A stretch of 61,372 nt of DNA, filler included, from Sphacelaria rigidula (Eukaryota), in assembly GCA_964200075.2 (NCBI GenBank). It is 11 parts of 11 records of this genome, joined end to end, with 100 filler letters (N's around TTAATTAATTAA, not from the genome) between each part and the next. Parts side by side here need not be neighbours in the genome. Positions count along the whole stretch, not along the records: positions 44,711 to 50,198 come from CAXNAA020026919.1; positions 50,299 to 55,785 come from CAXNAA020026920.1; positions 55,886 to 61,372 come from CAXNAA020026921.1; 8 more parts are not named here. One strand, written 5' to 3'. Every line of letters begins with the position of its first letter. Position 1 is the stretch's first letter. A model generated the notes under the pieces. That model had not been told where the DNA came from. It was given only the letters and a program-made list of their open reading frames with translations, and did not search any database. Shown here piece after piece: positions 49,401 through 61,372 of the stretch. The translations under genes and the position numbers were made by a program.

Positions 49401-52400
49401 CAAGCATTCATTGTTGGCTAAGGCCTGTAGGATGACACGCGCGCCCTCATCTCGTAGAGCATTGCTGTGAAAGCGGGCGAGAGGCAGAGACAAGAAAAAA
49501 GGAGACACCGAAGTACCCAGACACAGACAAAGGCAGGCAAATCAGCAGGTCGAAACAGAGGATCAGATACCGACAGAGAGGACAGATGGAAAGAAGGCGA
49601 GAGAAGGTTTCGAACTTGTGCACCGACTCTGGTGAGAGCACCGGACGAACAGCTGCAGTCTTTTCCTACGACGATGGGAAATGAATACGCTCCGATAAAA
49701 GCACTCGACCCGAAAATAACGGGTTTGGAGAGAAAGCCGGAAGATGGTAACTTCTCTGCACCGGGCCTATACCATAGTTCATGTGGTGTATATCGCGCCG
49801 GGCTACAAGACCAAAACCTCGTTTGTCTCGAAAAACTGCGACAGCGATACCCCCTGACCGTTGTATCTCTCGAGATATCTTTTCGAGATGTTGCGGTAGA
49901 TGGAATCTTGTCGCAGTGCCGGGAGCTTGATTACAGGGAGGGGGAGAGCTCCGGGCTTTCGATTCCAACGGTACGTACGCATGTGTGAAATAATGAATCG
50001 CACTGTCCAAGGAAACATAACTGATTGATTGATTGATTGTCGCACTTTAACTGATCCCCCAAGGATCCAGCCGTGGTCTCATGATAGACGTACTCAAGGA
50101 AAACGAAATTCAAATACGCTCTGAGGAAAAAAAAAAAAAAAGAAAACAATAGGAACAGGAAAAAAAAGAAAAGAAAGAGGGACAGAAAAAAAAAAAAANN
50201 NNNNNNNNNNNNNNNNNNNNNNNNNNNNNNNNNNNNNNNNNNTTAATTAATTAANNNNNNNNNNNNNNNNNNNNNNNNNNNNNNNNNNNNNNNNNNNNGC
50301 GCTATTCCACGTGCCTTGGGTGCCTGTACCTGACGCGCAACGCTGAAAATATAGCCCGAGGAGTACTTCGTCATGGTACGCATCACTTGCACTGAAGGCA
50401 AGTGTTTTTCAGAGGAATGATTACTCGTCAGACCCTTGAAATTTCCTCCCTCGTCCCCAACATTCCCTTTTTTGAGGGTTGGCGTCGAGCGGCAACGACA
50501 TAAGACACGCCCCTCACTCCGTGAGCTTGTCAACGGTGTGATCCCTTTATTTTTCGCTTGCATTTTGTTTCTGCGGTAACCCGTGATGGTGGTCGAGCTA
50601 GATCATATCGTGCGGGATGGAGAACCTGAACTCTGCGCAAAGGGCATAATCGTACTACGCGATGTTTATGTGGTGAGACATCCATGAGGCAGTGTGTGAC
50701 CGGTGGCTGTCTCTGGAAGTGACGATACCAGAAAATGAAGCAACTCATTGTAGGCTGTCATGCATAGGCAAGATAGTCAGCACGCTTCGGGCCGAACAAT
50801 CTTGGCACAGTGCAGCTCACCCTTCATGCGACTCACCGAACACGTCACGGCACTTCGCGCTTGGTGATTGATTGCGAGCTAGGCCCGGCGAGAACCCGGC
50901 GTACTTCGTCCCGGCTTTGTAGTGATGCGAGGTCAGTGGTCATATGACTACGGCATGCAAGATCACGAGTACACCCCCACCGACAGCCGGCTGAGCAGGA
51001 CGAGAAAATCTGATACACGCTTGGCGGAGGTAACCCTTGCTCCCGACATCACTGAGCCCGGCGGTACTCGCAGCTGGGTGAAAAGCGGAGGACGAAGAAG
51101 GTGTACCTGCCTCCCTTATCCATGGAAAAATGCAGCTGGAGGTCTATCGGTCAAAGCCTGTTATTTTGCATCACTTCTGCCAAGTGTTTATGTCCTAGCG
51201 CTCCCCCTCATTTTTGTTTTTTCTGGCCACGCTTTCAATTCCTCCACCCTCCCTCGGGACGAGTCCTGAGCCCGCCAGGGATCAGCCCGTCTCTGTCCGT
51301 CCCTGTACACGCCTTGCAGTTTGGTAGTGTCGTGGATTGGATGATGACCATCTGCCCTCCCGCACTGCAGTCGTCGACTCTAATAGTCGGATAAACCTTG
51401 TTTGCAACTCATACCGTCAAGCTCTTCAAAGGCGAGAATCAGATAACTTTTTTTTAGGAACGAAATAGAGTGCGTATCCGCCGTACCCGTGATTGGTTGC
51501 GCAGTTGTAGCACTTAGACCACTTGGGGCGCCACGATTACCAAAAGTATCCTCCAAAACGTCAACCTCGGAACAGAATACCTGGGCGTTCAAACGGTCAA
51601 GTACGCTGGCCATGCCGCTGGTATTCGGAACATTTCGCCGAGAGCTTTCGGCCAGCGCGATCCTGTAGAAGTGCGGGCGGAGGCTGTGCTTGTTATATTA
51701 GAAATATCTTATCTTTTTTTGTCCTCATCAGTGAGCGTTTCAGGCTCGCTTTGTCTGAGGTGCGTCTATCATGTCACCACGGCGAGATCCCTGGAGGGTT
51801 AGTTAAAATGCGGCAATCAATCAATCAATCAAAGGCCCCCGGCGATACAGTCCTTAACCTACAGTATGTAAGGAAGCATTGCACGGTTAGGACGAATCAT
51901 CACGACTAAGAATCACCAAATCCACGATTTATTCGGTCTGATTGCCCAAAAGGCGGACAAAAGTTGACCGTTGGTCCGAGGGGCATCCACGCAACTTTTG
52001 CGCCATTCCACGTGTCTGGGCTGCGTGTACTTGGGTTGCAACGCTGAAAACAAAGCCTAGGGATTTTGATTCGTACGAGTCGAATCAATTATACTAAAGT
52101 CAAGTAATGTCCAGACAAATCATTATATGTCCGACCCTTGAAGTATTTTGATTGATTGATTGTCGCACTTTCACTGACCCAACAGGAGTCCAGCCGTGTT
52201 CTCATGGTAGACGTACTCAAGAAAAACGGAATTCAAACACGCTGTAAGGAAAAATAAATGAAAAGGAACAGAAAACAATAGGAACAGGAAAACGAAAAGA
52301 AAAGAAAGAGGGGTCGAACAGAACTAGTATTGAAAATCACAAGTGTTTGTTCTCCGTTCTGGATTATACCAAACTGTTTTTTTTTAATTCTCGTGTGTGT

Positions 52401-54475
52401 GCGTGCGTGTTTTGCGCGTGATCCCTGTTTTGTCGCGTTGACGTATGCTTGTGACATGCATTCAGCCTGGAGCCTTTGATAGTGCTGCCTGCGCGCGAGA
52501 TCATCACCAACAAAATCGAGGAGGCGCTTATTTACTGGGAGAAGGTATACTGCATGGGGGATCCGTTTGTAGTGCGGTTGCTTAGAATGATGTGTTCCGC
52601 TGTAGTGCGGTCAACATCGCTTGTCGCGTGTCATAAAAAATCTCAAACAACATCGATTCGCGATGCTGTCACCAACTGATGGTCGCACCACACCCGTCTC
52701 CCGGATCTCATAAACCTCGACTTCAACCCGGACACCGTTTTTGTCACTACACCGTGGATGCACTTGCCCTTGTACCTTACTGCTTTTCCCACACTGAACT
52801 GACTCACCTGGCTCATCACACAGGCAATCTTGCAGGTCAATGTGCTCTGAAATGGCTTCTAGATCCTGCAACCACTATAGACATCTGAGAAAATTCCTAC
52901 CGCTTCTTCACAAAACATCAATTCTTCCCGAACACAGAATTGAGCCTTTGTTGCGTGTCATCAGTCCGACCCGGTATACAAGAGGTTTTACACAAAACGA
53001 TGTTTTTTATTTTTTTCCCAATGAGAAGTCCTCTTTTTTCTTCTTCAACGTGTCTGATCTCCGCCTTGAAAAGCGTCAGAGCGTGAGTAGCACGAGCACG
53101 AATTTGTCCCAAGGAACGGAAGAGGTTGAAAGCGTGGCTGACAAAAAAGAAGAAAAAAAAAGTGGGGGCTCCATTTGAATGACGTACAGTACGGTGCAGG
53201 CAAAACTTGGCCGGCTTTTTAGTTGGGACGCACTCCCGAAGTGGATATGACCCTACCTATCTGAAGAGTCGTGGTACAAGCTGATAGAGATCAACGCCAA
53301 GGAGGACCCCGCCTTTTCATGGACCGCCTACGTGGGGATATCATTGTACATGGCTCGTAGTCAGCCAGCCCACCGTCTCACGACCCCCCCCCCCATGAGC
53401 CTGCCCCCAGGTAGCCTCCATAAACATTTTTTTACTTTGCTCTCAACTCGAACGCAGAGAATGCGTTGTATGTGTTATGTTTTCATCCCATCTATTCTGC
53501 ACGACAGTCCACACCTTTCGGGATATGTGGGCGCATCAGCCGGGGTCATGCAGGAGGAAGGTCAACACAGGAGTTTTTTTTTTCTTTCTAATTTTAACTC
53601 GCGTTTTTTTGCAGTACCCCACCTTCCTTCTGCGGTGCTTGCCTTTCTCTCGATCCCGAGAAGAGTCTAGCGGTCCCTTTTCCTTCACGACCGTGGCGTC
53701 GAGTTAGTGTACCGACGACAAAATCGCTCTCCGTTGTTGGGCATGATGTGCGGGAAAATCCCAGATCGTGTGACTTCACCGATGTTCGACCTCACGTCCA
53801 AACACAATAACGTCAGCAGGTTTTCGAGGTTACCAACTGAGGCACCGGGGCGACCGGTGTGGTAGGCTTCGACCCTCAACATTGCCCCCCACAAGATTGC
53901 ATGTTGTTCCGGCATAGTGCGTGGGGTCTCGCTGCGTCGGTTGACACCAGCACTTCGGGATCCGAGATAACAATGAACTCACCTGTAGCAGCTATACACG
54001 AGGAATGGAAATCGGCAAATTCACACATTTTCCACGCGAACACTCGATTGATATCATAGATTGTTCTGAGCGAATCATGAGCTTCCAGCCCGTTTCTGTG
54101 CCGATGACGCGTCCTTCTCCCTCCATCCTCTGCACGGACAGCTATCGCGACGCATTCCGCTCAAGCGTGAGGGAGGTTCGGCTCCGGGGAGGAAGGCCGG
54201 ATCAAACAAAACCTTTGTGGACTTCGACGTGACCGCTCCAGATGTACCGGACACACCGCCTCCCGTGACTGACACTATCGCGACCTATAGGTGAGGTGTC
54301 CCTTTATTGTGCATGGTTGGGCTGATCGGTTAGTTGGTGAGTTGGTTGATTGGTTGCGCGGTTCGGACAAATCAAAATCCATACGGGTTGACTCCCCATG
54401 AACGTTGAATGCGAATCATGCACCGCAAAGTCATCCGGTATGAATCAAAGACTGTAAAGTTGTACGTAAAAGGTC

Positions 54476-54611
54476 CACACCCTGGACAATAGATTCTATT
54501 GTAAAAGAATGTACTGCGTACAGTATGGAATCTATTGTCGATTGCAATAGGCGCAATAGTCGATACTGTACGCAGTACACTTTTTGACTGTATTCTATTG
54601 TCCAGAGTGTG
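54476..54611. mobile_element. ~140-bp MITE, CACACCCYGGACAA family, copy 2, perfect 8-bp TSD AAAAGGTC
   Basis: AAAAGGTC|CACACCCTGGACAATAGA...TCTATTGTCCAGAGTGTG|AAAAGGTC. Confidence 0.9.
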
Positions 54612-54709
54612 AAAAGGTCATACCGCACGAATCATGAACTGGGAATGTGTACACTCCAGATAGTGTCGGGCGAATCAAGAGTACAAAATATGCACGAATA
54701 ACAATTCCT

Positions 54710-55080
54710 GTATGAATTGTAGGTGGGAAACATGTACAGTTGATTCATCTCGTATGAATCGAAGCTGGGGAACTTGTGCGTATGATTCATGCTGCATGAA
54801 CGGAAATTGGGAAACGTGTACGTGTAAATTATCTCGTATGGATGGAAGGCGGAGAACATGTACATGTGATTCATCCTGCATCAATGGAAAATGGGAAACA
54901 TGTACGCTGATTGACCTCGTGTGAACGGAAGGTGAGGAATGTGTGCCTATGATTCACGCTGCGCTGAACGGAAAATGGGAAACATGTACGCTTGATTCAC
55001 TTCGAATGAATGGAAGATGGGAAACATGTACCTATGATTCGTGCTCACGACCATCAGGTAGAAAACATGTACATGAATTA
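54710..55080. repeat. ~35-36-bp minisatellite with alternating (dimeric, ~71-bp) structure
   Basis: Repeated GGRAACATGTAC...TGATTCAT...ATGAAYGGAA units alternating CTCGT and GCTGC variants. Confidence 0.85.
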
Positions 55081-55183
55081 TTTGATTTATGCGGCGTTAA
55101 CCAAAGAGGAGAAAATACAACATGAATGAAAGGTCTCGTGGCTACTCTTTTCTGTCGCCCGCTGTACAGAATGTACAGTACTA

Positions 55184-55234
55184 TGCTGTGCTGTGCTGTG
55201 CTGTGCTGTGCTGTGCTGTGCTGTGCTGTACTGT
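55184..55234. repeat. (GCTGT)n microsatellite
   Basis: Direct reading of the sequence. Confidence 0.95.
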
Positions 55235-55885
55235 CGCTGCCGCCGTGTGTCCAAAAACTCACGCCACCATGCGGGGACCACTCTTGCAGTACTGGTGCTG
55301 TCGGAAGCTGCCGCTGTACTGTTTTATATATTCAGGCCAACTATACCGCAGAAAAAGCTATGAAAAGCAGAAAGGTCATCAATAGCTTGGCCCGGGAAAA
55401 TAAACAGCCAGAAGAATCACATTGGGCGCGAAGATGCGTGCTGTGCCATGCTGTACCGTACTGTCTGCGGACTGCAGTGTACGCTACCGAAGTTTTCTCG
55501 AGAATTCTCGCGAGCATGTGAGGACGACACGTGCTGGTGCTGTGTTCTTCGCAAGTGTTCGTGGTATTATATACAAAATATTCAAGTCAGCTGTACCACA
55601 GAACACAGCATGGAACCACAAAGGCTCTCAGAAGCATAACACAGGGGGGGAAATGGCTAGAAAAACCGCTCTGGGCACGCAGACGCGTGTGATGTACTAG
55701 AGTTGATGTGTAACGTGTACTTATGATCATGCATGCCATAGTCATCAGACCATTGACCTCGCATCCCTACATAGCCGGGACGGAGNNNNNNNNNNNNNNN
55801 NNNNNNNNNNNNNNNNNNNNNNNNNNNNNTTAATTAATTAANNNNNNNNNNNNNNNNNNNNNNNNNNNNNNNNNNNNNNNNNNNN

Positions 55886-56193
55886 GGGAGACTGCCGTCC
55901 TGATGCCGAAGGAACTCCGAGGCTGGCGATGGCTTCCTCTTGTATATGTAGGCAAGAAGTGGGGTCAGACGAGAAGTGGGCGCCAGGGGCGACCCAGACC
56001 TTGGGGGACGTTAGGCCGTCCTATATCAGGCTCTTTCTGGCATCACCCCGAGTTGTCTAGTCACGTCGGCATTACAGGGTCCTCGGGAATCTGGTCCATT
56101 CGGACCGTTCCTACTTGTATCTGCTTGCTCTTGCTCTTTATACACGTGTGGTCTCAGTCTCTGATATGTCACTGCGAAGATGTATTCCCGACA
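55886..56193 (-). repeat. Gypsy 3' LTR (truncated by contig start)
   Basis: Direct repeat of ~60697-61001; on the minus strand it begins TGTCGGGAA right after PPT AAGGGGGGGATA. Confidence 0.93.
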
Positions 56194-56509
56194 TATCCCC
56201 CCCCTTTATGCGCCTAGAGCCCATCGAGGCTATGGCTGGTGGGACGAGGCGATCATCAGCTCCGCTTATGATATAATCGTGGGAATATCCTTGAGTGACT
56301 ATCATTGATTGAGTCACGTCACCACTACTCGCAAAGGCAGCCCTTCTCTATACTGTGGTATTGAGCAACCACCTCCAGTAAAGTTTAGCTACCTGTGGTC
56401 TGTAATAGTGCATGTATTTCAAACCCTTTTCAATTTGGTTTTCTGTCATGTAGTTGTCATATGTGACATGTTTCCATCAGATATATTTGCACTTGGGTGC
56501 TAGTTGCAT

Positions 56510-57260
56510 CTGCTGTTATGCATGACTGGGCACTGGGACACTGATTGGTCCACGGGCGCTTGGGTTATTCCTGCCCGGGTTCTGGGATGCCTTCGGTTCC
56601 GCGGACACTGGAGTAGGGTTGAGTCTCGGGTTAGTAACACGGCGGTGTTGCAGATACATATATGTATTTTTCTTCACCTGTGAGCATTGTGCTCTTTTGT
56701 CTAAACCCGGTCTAAATGACCTTTGCTTCTTGTATTGTGTCAAATAGATGCATCATGTGTGACACATTTTTATGGGATGCTTTTTGCACTTTGGTGCAGG
56801 CTGCATCAGTTAGGTATACCTGAATAGGCACTGGGACACCGACTGGTCCACGGGTGCTTGGGGTATTTTTGCCCGGGTTCTAGGATACCTCTGGTTCCAC
56901 TGACACCGGAGTATCGGACAAAGTCCTCGCGTTAGTACCAAAGCGGTGGGTCTGATGTTGATCTTGCGAGCATTGTGCTCTTTGGTGAAATATCGACATG
57001 TTATTTGCTTCGTATCATTTTGTGGCATATACGTGTGTCCCATGTGATAATCCACAAGATGCGTTGCACTTTGGTGCTGGATGCATCTGCTGTTTCTACA
57101 TGTTTGGGCACTGGGACACTGGTCGGTCCACGGGCGCCTGGGTTTTTCATGTCCGGGTTCTGGGATACCTTCGGTTCCACTGACACCTGAATAGTACAAC
57201 GTCCTCGTGTTAGTAACAAAGCGGTGCATGCGATGTTTTTGGCGTGTGAGTATTGTGCCT
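56510..57260. repeat. Three ~280-300-bp tandem units in the Gypsy 3' non-coding region
   Basis: GGCACTGGGACAC..TGGTCCACGGG...GGTTCC...GACAC at ~56528, ~56827 and ~57106. Confidence 0.85.
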
Positions 57261-57899
57261 TCTTACCGACCCATCGTCAAAATGATCAGCACTATCCCGA
57301 TTGCTGAGAGGTTATCTTCCTTGGGAAGTTGCATTCCAGTCACCGTTGACAGGTCGAATTTTTTTCCGTTCATGTCTGCATTGTTCTAACGTCCTTTTTG
57401 TTTTCTTCTCTTGTGTCTCTCCTTGATTTCTGAATTGTGATCCCAGGCTACTGCTCAACCGTTGAGCGTTTTGCTAGGACGCTGGAACAGTCGGTTGAAC
57501 AATCACATCCGTTTCCGTTACCGAGTATTTTCGGATTTCGACTCCGATTGTGAGGGCTTTGCTAACCCGATGTCATGACGGTATATATCGAGGATGTGTC
57601 TACTTTGCGATGTTTCGTCAGCTCGATAGGTTAGGTCAGCTGCTGGGCTGTGTCTTTTGAGTCTCATTAGTCTCCGAATTTTGAATTCAGGTTACTGCTC
57701 AACCCTTGAGCGTTTTGCTAACACGCTCGACCAGTCTGTGAAACAGTCACATCAATTTCCGTTACCTGGATTTGTTTTTGGTTTCGACTCCGGATGTGAG
57801 CGCTTTGCTAACCTTTTGTCAAAGTCCGGTGCCGGCGCTGTTTCAAATGAGCGAGATGTACTAACGTTTCTCTAGAGTCGTCGCCTATTTTGATTACGT

Positions 57900-58960
57900 A
57901 CACAACCGGTGATCGTCTCTCGGTTACCATGAAAGGTCATCTCCATATAGATTGGAGTTTCGGATTCGACCTTCCTGAGTCCTGTTATGGTGGGTACAAG
58001 AGTACCTTTTGGTCGGGTTTGGACACCGTAAAAGATTTGAATCATCTTGTTTTCTTGCGGGTTGGCTCTTCTCGTAGGGCTTGTCTCGCGATTTCAAATC
58101 CAAGCTGTAGGTTTTCCCGTGTTTCTTTGGAAAATTCTTCGGGTGTTGCCGCTTGGCTTTTTTCAGGTATGCCGAGAATAATGTCAGTTGGCAATCTGGA
58201 CTGTTTTCCGAACAACAAAAAATACTGTGTTTCTTGTACTGTATTATAATAAGAAGTGTTGTACGCCATTTGGGCGGATGGAAGCATGGATGCCCAGTTT
58301 TTGTTCCCCACTGACATATGCATAGCTAACATCACGCGAAAGTGGAGTGGGCTCGTTCCGGCACTGAATTACCTTGCGGACGTAGCAGTGTCGTGCGAGT
58401 TTTATTGAAACATAACTCCTGTTACAGTACGTATGTTAGTTTATTATCAAATTCCGCTCTTTAATTCGAACGCAGCTTTCCCGAGATGCCAAGTGCCGTA
58501 AAGATTCTGACAATCAGCTTTGGCTATATTGATGTGATCTGTTTTTTCGGCACCGGAATGAGCAAAGCCTACCTTGTGAGGCGGTCCACTACGGAAAGCA
58601 CCTATTTAGTATTCCAGCTTTTGACATCGAAGTTGTTTATTCGTTCGACTGGGTTTGCCGGCGCTCTTTCGTATAGCCGTCCTACCGTAACGTGTCCCAT
58701 CGGCAAATTTCGACCGGTTGTGAACCGTTTTCCCGGCGTTGGTAACCCTGACATAGCGTGCGCATGTCTGGAATAATATGAAGTTTCTCCGTTCTTGTCT
58801 CTCATCATCGTCATGAAGTTTTTCCGTGGTTTACTTGTGGAGTCGACCGATTTGCGAATTGTACAATTTTGTTTTATTCGACGACTACGTGCCTGATGTT
58901 TTTGAAGCGGTGATGCGCGTGAGTGCTTGACGTACACCAGGCGATCAAGTATCTTCCTCG
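57900..58960 (-). pseudogene. Gypsy integrase pseudogene
   Basis: VLSVVDRLTR, AEFDNKL, RPQGNSVPERAH, NWASMLPSAQMAYNTS...TQYFLLFGK, with stops and frameshifts. Confidence 0.9.
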
Positions 58961-59199
58961 GTTATCATACGCGGCTCCACGACAGCTGCTGTTGTTGTTC
59001 ACGGGGTATTTTCCGGTCGAACTAGTACTGTCATTTCACTTTGTAGTGGCACACTGCATTTGTTGTAAGGAACTCGAACATGGTTAGAACCTTTCACACC
59101 GACTATAAAACAGTGTGTTGTTTCGGTGTGTTGTATTCTGTGAGCCCTGTTGTTTTCGATGCGATGCTTTGATTTTTTATACTGGAATAACGGAATGTT

Positions 59200-59520
59200 A
59201 AGTTCTTCAGTCTGCCAGTCGAGTATAGAGTATAGCTTTGAAAGCACTCACCTTGGAGTTGTCTAGTAGTCGACAACTCGGTCCCAGATGAGGTAATACA
59301 AACGCTTCTGCGGGCAGGGTTTTTATCCCCAACGTAAGCTCGAAATGAATGAACCCCAGAATTTTGTTCATGGGTGAGCTGGTTGCGTTCCTAAGATCTT
59401 GAGATCCCGGCGGTACTAGCTTCATATCAGCTGCCATGATGGCCAAATGTTCATCGATGAACTTATTGCTGATATACGGTACCTCTGCTGCGAAATCGAT
59501 TGTGATTTTTCCCAGCGAGG
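59200..59520 (-). pseudogene. Gypsy aspartic protease pseudogene
   Basis: TIDFAAEVPYISNKFI (degenerate D-S/T-G-A), LRNATSSPM..ILGFIHFELTLG...AFVLPHLG. Confidence 0.75.
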
Positions 59521-60654
59521 GTACCGTTTACTCTGGCTGCGACTCTAACGCGAGCTGGTGCACAGGATAGCCCAATGGGCGCATCTGTATACCTGGCGGG
59601 TGATGATGCGTTATTACGAGTCATAACAGTGATCGTCTAAGATCGGGTTGCAAAGGGGAGACTGGTGTTTCGATTCGGAATCAACAGCTTCTGCTTACAA
59701 CGGGATGTAGCGTTACCGATCCCTTGGGGTACGGCGCAGAATGTAACATACTTGAGAGCTTCAACAAGTTGAGCTACATTGTTTTATGATGGACCTTTGT
59801 GAAGTGTATTGTTTTTTCCACAGCTGCTCTGAAGGCTGCTTAGGGACCAACTCTCATCGTGCTCTCTCCAGCTTCTACTCTTCGTATGTATTTTCATACC
59901 ACAGCTGAGGGCTATTTTGGTGCCCTTCTGGAGGAGTGAGTTATTGTACTGACTAGGAAACCCGTTTCTCTCCGATTTGTTTTTCACCTGACGGTTGACA
60001 CTTTTCTCCATTTCATGCGTACTGAGGTGTGGAATATTGAACTGCCTGGAGTTTACAACTCCTCTCAGCTTGCGAGCTGGGATGCTGTGACACTATCCAT
60101 TACACCTCCCCTTCTTTCGTTTGCTAAATGGTAGGGAATGACAAGGTCGTGCATTCGCAGGTTGGGTAAAGTTTTTGTCAGTGCTATTTCGAGTCTCGGC
60201 GTTTCCAAAGGTCGGCCTGCTTGATAAATTGCCGTGCCTCTAGCACTGTGCTGGTTCAAGGTTGGTCGACACGAGTGGCTTCGCTGTTTTGTTAACCCTC
60301 TTGGTGACATCCTATGCACTCATGAAACTAATTTCGCGTTTTCGCTGTTTGACTAGCCATATAGGTGACATGTATTGCACCTTGAGGAGTCTAACTTCGC
60401 GTTCCGCTATTTGATTAGTCATGCTGGTGACATATAAATGCGCACTGAGGGGCTAATTTTGCGTTGACCTAAACACGTGACGCCAATAATCCCTCAACTC
60501 GAATAAAATATGTAAATAATAACCCATACGTTTCACCTGGATTAGCGTTCCTTGGAGGATCCTAGTGCTTCCGGTGTCGGGGAGCAGTCGGTTCTCGTTC
60601 TAGTTTTTTACTTCTCAAGCCTGTCTTGCCTGAGTTCTGTTCTGGTGTCGCCAA

Positions 60655-61001
60655 TGTAAGGAAGGCGTAGCGCTAGAGTAGTCAGAGACCTACGGGGGGA
60701 GGCTGCCGTCCTGATGAAGGAACTCCGAGGCTGGCGATGACTTCCTCTTGTATATATAGGCAAGAAGTGAGGTCAGACGAGAAGTGGTCGCCATAGACCA
60801 CCCAGACCTTGGGGGATGTTAGGCCGTCCTATATTAGGCCCTTCCTGGCATCACCCCAAGTTGTCTAGTTACGTCGGCATTACAGGGTCCTCCGGAATCT
60901 GGTCCATTCGGACCGTTCCTACTTGTACCTGCTTGCTCTGGCTCTTTATACACGTGTGGTCTCAGTCTCTGATATGTCACTGCAAAGATTTATTCCCGAC
61001 A
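60655..61001 (-). repeat. Gypsy 5' LTR (347 bp) followed by PBS TGGCGACACCAG
   Basis: Minus strand TGTCGG...TTACA, then T-TGGCGACACCAGAAC (tRNA 3'-end complement, possibly tRNA-Ser). Confidence 0.9.
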
Positions 61002-61372
61002 CAGAGAAAGAGATTGCCAGCTATAGTTGATAAGACTGTATGGAAGAAAAGTACGAAAGGGCGTGCTATAAGGTGGGATAGAGAAGTCGAGAAGGTGTGG
61101 AAGGATATATGAGGAAACCAACACGAAATACTGTCCACAGATGAAGACACGGGGTACGAGGCAAAGGTAAGAGATATGCTAGAAATAAGGGGAAAAGGAG
61201 CGCTCAGACGCAAGGTAGACGAGGAGGAACAGCTGGAGATATACGGGTGGTTGAGAGGAGGGATAGGGATGAATGCACATTTGGTTGGCCCAATGGACGC
61301 TGCGAAAAATATGAAACTGCGATTTCGGGTGCGGGACCTGGACCCACCAGAAAGAAGAAAGAGATATACCAG
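61002..61372 (+). mobile_element. LINE ORF2 fragment (same family as 45637-46448), apparent host of the Gypsy insertion
   Basis: CAGAGAAAGAGATTGCCAGCTATA...ATGAAACTGCGATTTCGGGTG...GACCTGGAC is collinear with ~45696-46067. Confidence 0.88.

Larger units (their letters stand above)
55886..61001 (-). mobile_element. Degenerate Ty3/Gypsy LTR retrotransposon, internally deleted
   Basis: Two LTRs, PBS, PPT, and protease and integrase remnants on the minus strand. Confidence 0.92.

Overview
Repeat-rich eukaryotic nuclear DNA, most likely from a brown alga (Phaeophyceae). That taxonomy is inferred from the short exons in multi-kb introns, roughly even GC content and repeat style. The window is not one locus. 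It is 11 unrelated contigs of 5,487-5,489 bp, sorted by size and joined by artificial 100-bp spacers (N44-TTAATTAATTAA-N44), so nothing can be inferred across spacers. Host genes are fragments only: the first exon of exosome subunit RRP45 lying head-to-head with a Lys-rich protein gene, three exons of an adenylate/UMP-CMP kinase domain (one with a GC donor), and an Ala-rich exon. Most of the rest is transposable elements. Contig 2 is a self-overlapping (circular or tandem) single-LTR Copia with gag and protease only, carrying three nested MITEs. Contig 11 is a Ty3/Gypsy element with no recognisable RT/RNase H, inserted into a LINE. Contig 7 holds a cluster of TGT...ACA MITEs with 5-bp target-site duplications (TSDs) carrying telomere-like repeats, one nested in another. 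A LINE with C-rich rather than poly(A) tails has a matching ~100-bp SINE-like partner. There are also tRNA-SINEs, other MITEs, minisatellites and microsatellites. All alignments were done by eye.
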